Shown here: positions 51,107-64,000 of the stretch, piece after piece
Position numbering within the stretch: position 1 is the first letter of the stretch
Layout: each line of letters opens with the position of its first letter
From: Amoebidium appalachense
Lineage: Eukaryota; Protista; Ichthyosporea
NCBI GenBank assembly: GCA_963693365.1
Contig: CAVNZM010000006.1
Coordinates: 9,055,355-9,119,354 of the forward strand
Direction: 5' to 3'
Length of the DNA: 64,000 bases
Notes under the pieces: generated by a model
Seen by the model: only the letters and a program-made list of their open reading frames with translations
What the model was told of the DNA's origin: nothing
Database searches by the model: none
Translations under genes and position numbers: made by a program

Positions 51107-51613
51107 CGTCCCCTCGATCCAAACTACAACGGCATGTGTCTGTGCATGGTGGCCCCCTGCAGGCACTTATTACAGATCAGTAAAATGCACCCAACCGCCA
51201 GCATGCTCCTCACAGTCACTCGTTCGTTATTCCATTCTCACTCTTAGGATTTATGGTGGTTATTCTCACACGACACACCCTCGGCCTTTCTATTTACCAT
51301 TAAAATCAACTTAATATTCCCCCTTCTACACCATTCTTCTCTCTCATCCTCTATGTACAATACACCCAGTCCATCATGTCAAAAATGTGTAGGCAGAAGC
51401 TTAAACTATACAGACAACCCCCCCCCCCCCCGCCTTCCCCACCCCATTTTCCCCATTCTCCGGCGGCCACCCCATACCCTACCCCCACTCTTAATGCCCA
51501 CAACCCCTATATATAAAAATCACCACAATCCCCCTCCCCCCCCCTGCGCATACGCACTGACACATGAACGAGCCTGCAAGTCAGCCCATAAACCGTTGGC
51601 AGAACCCCTCCCC

Positions 51614-51664
<51 letters not shown>

Positions 51665-52366
51665 CTTTACCGTTTTTCGTAGTCTGATCCGAATATCCTT
51701 CCCCCCCTCCCCCCCCCTTCCCCTCTCCATCCCCCCGTTCCCCCTCCTTCCAACGGTCCGCATTGTTTTACACGTACCACCTCCCCCCCCCCCCCCCCCC
51801 CCCCCACCACCACCACCACCACCACCACCCACCCACCCACCCACCCTACCCTTCCTTGGTCCTACTCTTCTTCCTCCCCATTTCCCCTCCCCCTCCTTCC
51901 CTTATTGCACGTTCGTTCTCTAACCTTGACAGCTCTCCGCCTTTTTCAAAAATGCTAGAGAATCCACATTGCGTTCATTTTACCCAACAATCCCCCCCCC
52001 CCCCCCCCCCCCCCCCCCCCTTTCCCCATTAATCTATCCTTCAACAACCCCCTGGCCACTATGCTGCGCCCCCCCCCCCCCCCCCTCCCCCCCTCCTTTC
52101 CCTTTCCCCTGAACACCGTGACTTTCTTACTGCCAACCAGCCAACCCCCCCCTCCCCACCCAACACACACACCCACACACCCTCCGTCACCTTGCCCTCC
52201 CTCTATCTCTCTTCTCCGCATACTCCCTGCTTTAGTGATGCTCCCCCTCCCCCCTTCCCCTCCGCCCCCCGCCCCCCCCTCCCCCTCCCCCCCTCTCTCT
52301 TCTCTCCCTCTCTCCCTCTCTCTGTCTCTCTCTCTCTCACCGTCCCCTCCCTGCCTCCCTGCCTGC

Positions 52367-52484
<118 letters not shown>

Positions 52485-52556
52485 CCCCCCCTCTCCCTCT
52501 CCACTCCCTCTCCCACTCCCCACTCCCTCCCTCCCTCCCTCCCTCCCTAACTCTCT

Positions 52557-52616
<60 letters not shown>

Positions 52617-53115
52617 CCCCCCCTTCCTCCCTCCCTCCCCCCCTCAATCCCTCCCTCCCTTCTCCCCCCCCCCCCCTCCCTCTTTCTCTTTCTCTCTCGT
52701 TCCCTCCCTCCCCCACCACCCTCCCTCCCTTCCCATCTCTCCTCTCTCCTCCCTCTATCTCCCCCCCCCCCCCCCCCCCACCACCACCACCACCACCATC
52801 ACCACCACCACTACCACCACCACCGCCGCCACCACCACCCCTCGCTCTCTTTCCTTCTCCCCTACTCCCTATCCACCTGCCCTTGTCCCTCTCCCTCTCT
52901 CTCCTCCCCCCCCTCTCTCTCCCTTTCCCTCTCCCTCTCTCCCCCTTATCCCCCCCCCCCCCCCCCCCCCCCCCCCACTGCTGCTTCCCTTCCAGTCCCT
53001 CACAGCAAACCCTCCCTTACCTCAACCCCGACCGTCTCCGCCACTCAGTTCTCTCTCCCCTTTCCCAATACAACGTCTACCTCACAATCCCCTGCCTTCC
53101 GTTTATATTGCCCAG

Positions 53116-53290
53116 AAGCAACACGACGTTGTTTCTTCTATATTAGCATCTACAGTCACATCTATTGACTTTCATTCAGAAGGCCTCCTTCAAGATGCAC
53201 TCACCATTGCTGCATCAGTAAGCAAAAGTTGCGTAGTCGCCAAGTATCAAGAGGTGCTACAGTCACTCTTGAGTGTTGCTTTTGATCAAG
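53116..53290 (+). CDS. Isolated exon-like segment of an unidentified plus-strand gene or gene remnant
   Basis: cccag| acceptor, open frame KQHDVVSSILASTVTSIDFHSEGLLQDALTIAASVSKSCVVAKYQEVLQSLLSVAFDQ, strong donor AAG|GTAAGC. No recognisable family. Confidence 0.35.
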
Positions 53291-54446
53291 GTAAGCCTTT
53301 ACTTATGTTAGTCTAACACATGTGGCCCATGCAATACGAGTTTCTTGCTACGTCAGTAGCTAGCGTGGTGTGATTGCTCGCGCAGGGTTCTTTGTAACTC
53401 TTATGACAAGTACAGTGAGAAACCGGAGACTGGTGACTACCCTTACTACCGGTGCCCTGACTATGCTTGCACCAGCGCCTATAGCCTATATGATAGGTAC
53501 GGCCCTAGAAATTAGTGCAAGTCTTCGCTGACTGTATGCATGTACGTATCATACTGTACTGAACTGAAAAATCATGGCCTTGCCACTATTGTAGTGGGCC
53601 TTGCCATGCCACTGTGTGCGGACGCCAGACGGGCCAAAAAGATCGAAATCGCACACCCCCATCCCTACGATTTACCGACAGTGGGCGTGTGCGAAATGTG
53701 TTCGGCATGGACCCGGCACTCTGTTCCGAACAACTCCTGAAGTCTGAACTGAATTCGAAAGCAGGGCCTCCCCCCCCTTCAAGTGGTGAAAATCCTGCTT
53801 TTCCCCCTTTATTACACGTGTACATACAGCTTGTGCACCTCACGGCCGTCTGGGAAAAGTACAAAGTGCACTCCCCCCTCCCCCTCCCCCCTCCCCTCCC
53901 CCCCAACCCTCCTCCTCCCCCCCCCCCCCCCCCCCCCCCCCTCCCCCCCTTGTTGCCCGTGCCTCGGCATCCTCTCCCCCTCTCCACCCCACACGCACAC
54001 ATAATGTCCACACACAGACACATAAAAAACCCACCAACTTTCATCTCCTGTTACAGCTATGAGTTATCAAGCTGACATATAGCAGCTGCTACGTATACGT
54101 AACGGTTACTGTACGACTTTAATTTTGATTAAAAATTTATAGGATACTTGTGGGTTAATTAGAAAAAAGTAGCTTGGCAACTCGCCAACTTGCCAAACTT
54201 GAAGTACTTTTACAATAATATATACACCAAGGGGATCATTTTCAGTTCCTTCCCCCCTTCCTGCCGTTCTTCCTTCCTTTTGTTCTTTCAAGTTGAATCT
54301 TTCTTTTCCCTCTCATTAAAGTAAAAAATTAAATTTAAATGCCATGTTTTGGTTTCGCAGCGGTATGGGAGCCAGCTGGTGGGTGGGCCCGGGAGGAGGG
54401 GGAGGAGGATGGAGGGAGGGGAGAGAAGGGGGCAGGGGGGGGGGGG

Positions 54447-54485
<39 letters not shown>

Positions 54486-54667
54486 GAGAGAGGGAGGGGG
54501 GAAGGGGGGGGGGAGGATGGGAGCTATTCCATAAGGCAATAACCTTGAAACACGATTTGCGTCCGCCGTCATAGCTGCGGGAGCAATTCTAGTTCAGTAA
54601 ATTCACGCCTTTTTTTTGGGGGGGGGGGGGGGGGGGGGGGGGAGGGGGGGTTGGAGGGGGGGAAGCC

Positions 54668-54703
<36 letters not shown>

Positions 54704-55299
54704 AGTTATTCTGCTTCTAGCTATATGTAGCATGATTATTCGGCATCTAGCAGGATTCTTCAAAGCGGAAGCACAATAAAGAACGCTCTGCCCAAAGGCT
54801 TCGTATGTATACAGATGAATCCCGCCAAAAGGCTGAATTATTCTGCAATTTATGAAAGCAGAATCATGCACGCAGTACGCCAGTTCCAGATCCAACAGCA
54901 CAGTTTCTCGTGAGTAACGGTTCGGTGCCGAGCAGATGGATTCTGGTGATGTCACAGTGGGTAAAGTTGAGCCAAGTTAGGGCTGATGGTGCATTGCGCA
55001 GAGGGTGCCCACTCGGGCAGGGAGGAAGCAAATATCCGCTTAGACCTGAACCTCCAATTACAGTGCTCGTTAACGTTTCGATGGGTAGTGTCACAGGTAG
55101 GGGGGTGGGGGTGGGGAGGGTGGGTGGGTGGGTGGGCGGGGGGGGGGGGGGGGGGGGGGCAAGGGGGACCGGGTGATCGTCCAACACTTGGAACTTCCTT
55201 TAAAACTCCATCGTGATCAAAGTACAGTCCTGTCTGAGCTCTCTTTGTCCCCCCCCCCCCCCCCCCCCCCCCCCCGCGCAAACCACACACACACATACA

Positions 55300-55331
<32 letters not shown>

Positions 55332-56034
55332 GGGGGGGGGGGGGGGGGGGGGAGGGCTGGCTTGCAAAAGTGTACTGTATCGAATTCCATTTTCCAGTCA
55401 CTGAGCCTTCAGCTCAATATTATCGACTATGCAGGCCGAAATCCGCTGATATTAGCAGAAAATATGTGGGCCAGGCAGCATCGCTGCACAAAATTGGGTT
55501 TTTACAGCGTGTGGCATAACAACCCTCTGGCTCATGTATCGTTAATTCCGCTAATGTGCATGCGCAGTCGACCTGTTACACTCCCAAATATTAAACTTCA
55601 AAGAGTCCTCTTAAAGGCGTACGTCGTATACAATACATTCATTCGACATCAATAGCAACATCCTCGGACTTCCTCTAGAGCTCTACGTAGTGGTCACAAT
55701 GAGTGAACGATGAACAACAAAAATCTTAATCACGATTAACTTCAGCAACTACATCAGTTCTAATATTAGACGTACTTAAATGGCAAAGGTGCACGTCTAT
55801 GTATAAAAACCAAACATCCCGCGTATTACTACAAGGCAATTGCATTGGTAGCCACGTACATACTGCAAAAAGAAGACAAAACTATGTAACTGCTAACATT
55901 CCGATTGCTTAGAAGTACCACAAATTTCCAACGCACATTTCCTCTGTGAGGCTGCATTGCATTCATACCGTTTATATCTAACTTAGCTCTTTAGCTATAT
56001 GCAAACATACCTACACATGTTAAATTTTATACTT

Positions 56035-62870
<6,836 letters not shown>

Positions 62871-63416
62871 GCTGCACTATTGAAGCTGCCTGTATGCACG
62901 CATTCTTTAGGCAAAACAGGTATAATACAAAAGTGACATAACGGTTGTACCTTCCGGCTGCATCGCACGCGTCGAGCAAAAAAGGGGACTCAGTGACTTA
63001 CACTAGTGGTGCCGGATGGTCCAATCAAAAACGTAGATCGCCGCACGTATGTGGCCCACCAGTGGGCCACCACTCCTAAAACATATTTCAAGCCCTGACC
63101 CGGTCCGACAGCTGCACTGCGGCTGCTGCTGCCTGGCTGCCGGGACTCGATGGGCCAATTTTGGACAAACTTTTTGTTACTTCAAGTTCCCAGGCTACAT
63201 CATACATCCCTTCCTTTCTTCCCCCTTTCCCCTTCCCCCCTCCTCCCCCGCTCCCCCATCCCCCCAACCCCCCTCTCTCCTACCCCTTCACTGCCGTTAC
63301 TTGAGCCATCATCTTGCCACATGCATCAACGGCATTAAGCGAACTTTAAAAGTTTTCCAGGCTGGAGATGATGTTCAGTGAGAGAGGGACAGTGAGCTAG
63401 AGAGAAAGGGAGAGCC

Positions 63417-63500
<84 letters not shown>

Positions 63501-64000
63501 AGAGAGAGAGTGTGTGTGTGTGGGGAGCCTCCAAAGTGGTTCTTGACAGATGGGCATTTTTCGAGTCGGCACGGCACCACACAATAAAGTTAACAGTTCG
63601 TGAGCCTTACAGGTAAGGCTTTTCTGGTCACAACCAAAACTTCAATGTTAGCCGAATGCCAAGTTGTGCATTTAGCTACCAAAACATCTCGTGCATAGCG
63701 GGTCCCAAAAAGGATTTTGATCCCCACACCCCAAAGCTCAGCAAGAGCCGGTGTGGAAACCATGTCTACGGATCGAGATCAACAAGCAGCAAACTAAATA
63801 CTTTTTTAGTTCAAGTACAACACGATCTCCCGGTTATGCTTCCTTTACATAAGCCACCATCCCCTGTGACATGCGTTTCTCTCCCAGTCTGATAGCACGC
63901 TGTGCCTTCGGCATACGTAGTGAGCCACCCCGTGCCCCGCCAGCAGCCAAAAAAGGTGCCGAGTTCTGCTGGCCATGACGTTGGCGGGGGTAAATACTGT

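Noticed and set aside
63049-63892. Plus-strand ORFs and a CAG|GTAAGG donor at the right edge
   Set aside because: No recognisable protein or consistent exon chain within the window.

Overview
This is intron-rich eukaryotic DNA, packed with poly-C/poly-G tracts and (CA)n, (GA)n and (CACG)n microsatellites, so most entries in the ORF track are spurious. Splicing by hand with GT-AG sites and consistent phases recovers five complete genes. (1) A 27-exon BRO1 + V-domain ESCRT adaptor (HD-PTP/ALIX family, no phosphatase domain, very long Pro/Gln tail; minus, 3267-21797). (2,3) A head-to-head pair of paralogous 6-exon receptor tyrosine kinases (minus 24092-31747; plus 34046-41889), each with signal peptide, Pmp-like GGA(I/V)..FxxN beta-helix, TNFR/EGF-like Cys-rich stalk, TM helix, tyrosine kinase and Tyr-rich tail. 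(4) A ~1790-aa helical-repeat protein with a mitochondrial-type presequence (FASTK/HPR/OPR-like; minus 44352-51106). (5) An alpha-arrestin (minus 56035-62870). There is also a possible PDS5-like first exon at the left edge with an upstream E2F + 2xCCAAT cluster, a ~305-bp dispersed repeat in two copies, and several local duplications. Receptor tyrosine kinases with non-animal ectodomains suggest a unicellular holozoan (inference). The most striking signal is the divergent RTK pair: two near-identical internal blocks sit inside otherwise strongly diverged sequence, which suggests gene conversion between paired receptors with different ligand-facing domains and different phosphotyrosine docking tails. 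All family calls are from motif recognition; no database searches were run.
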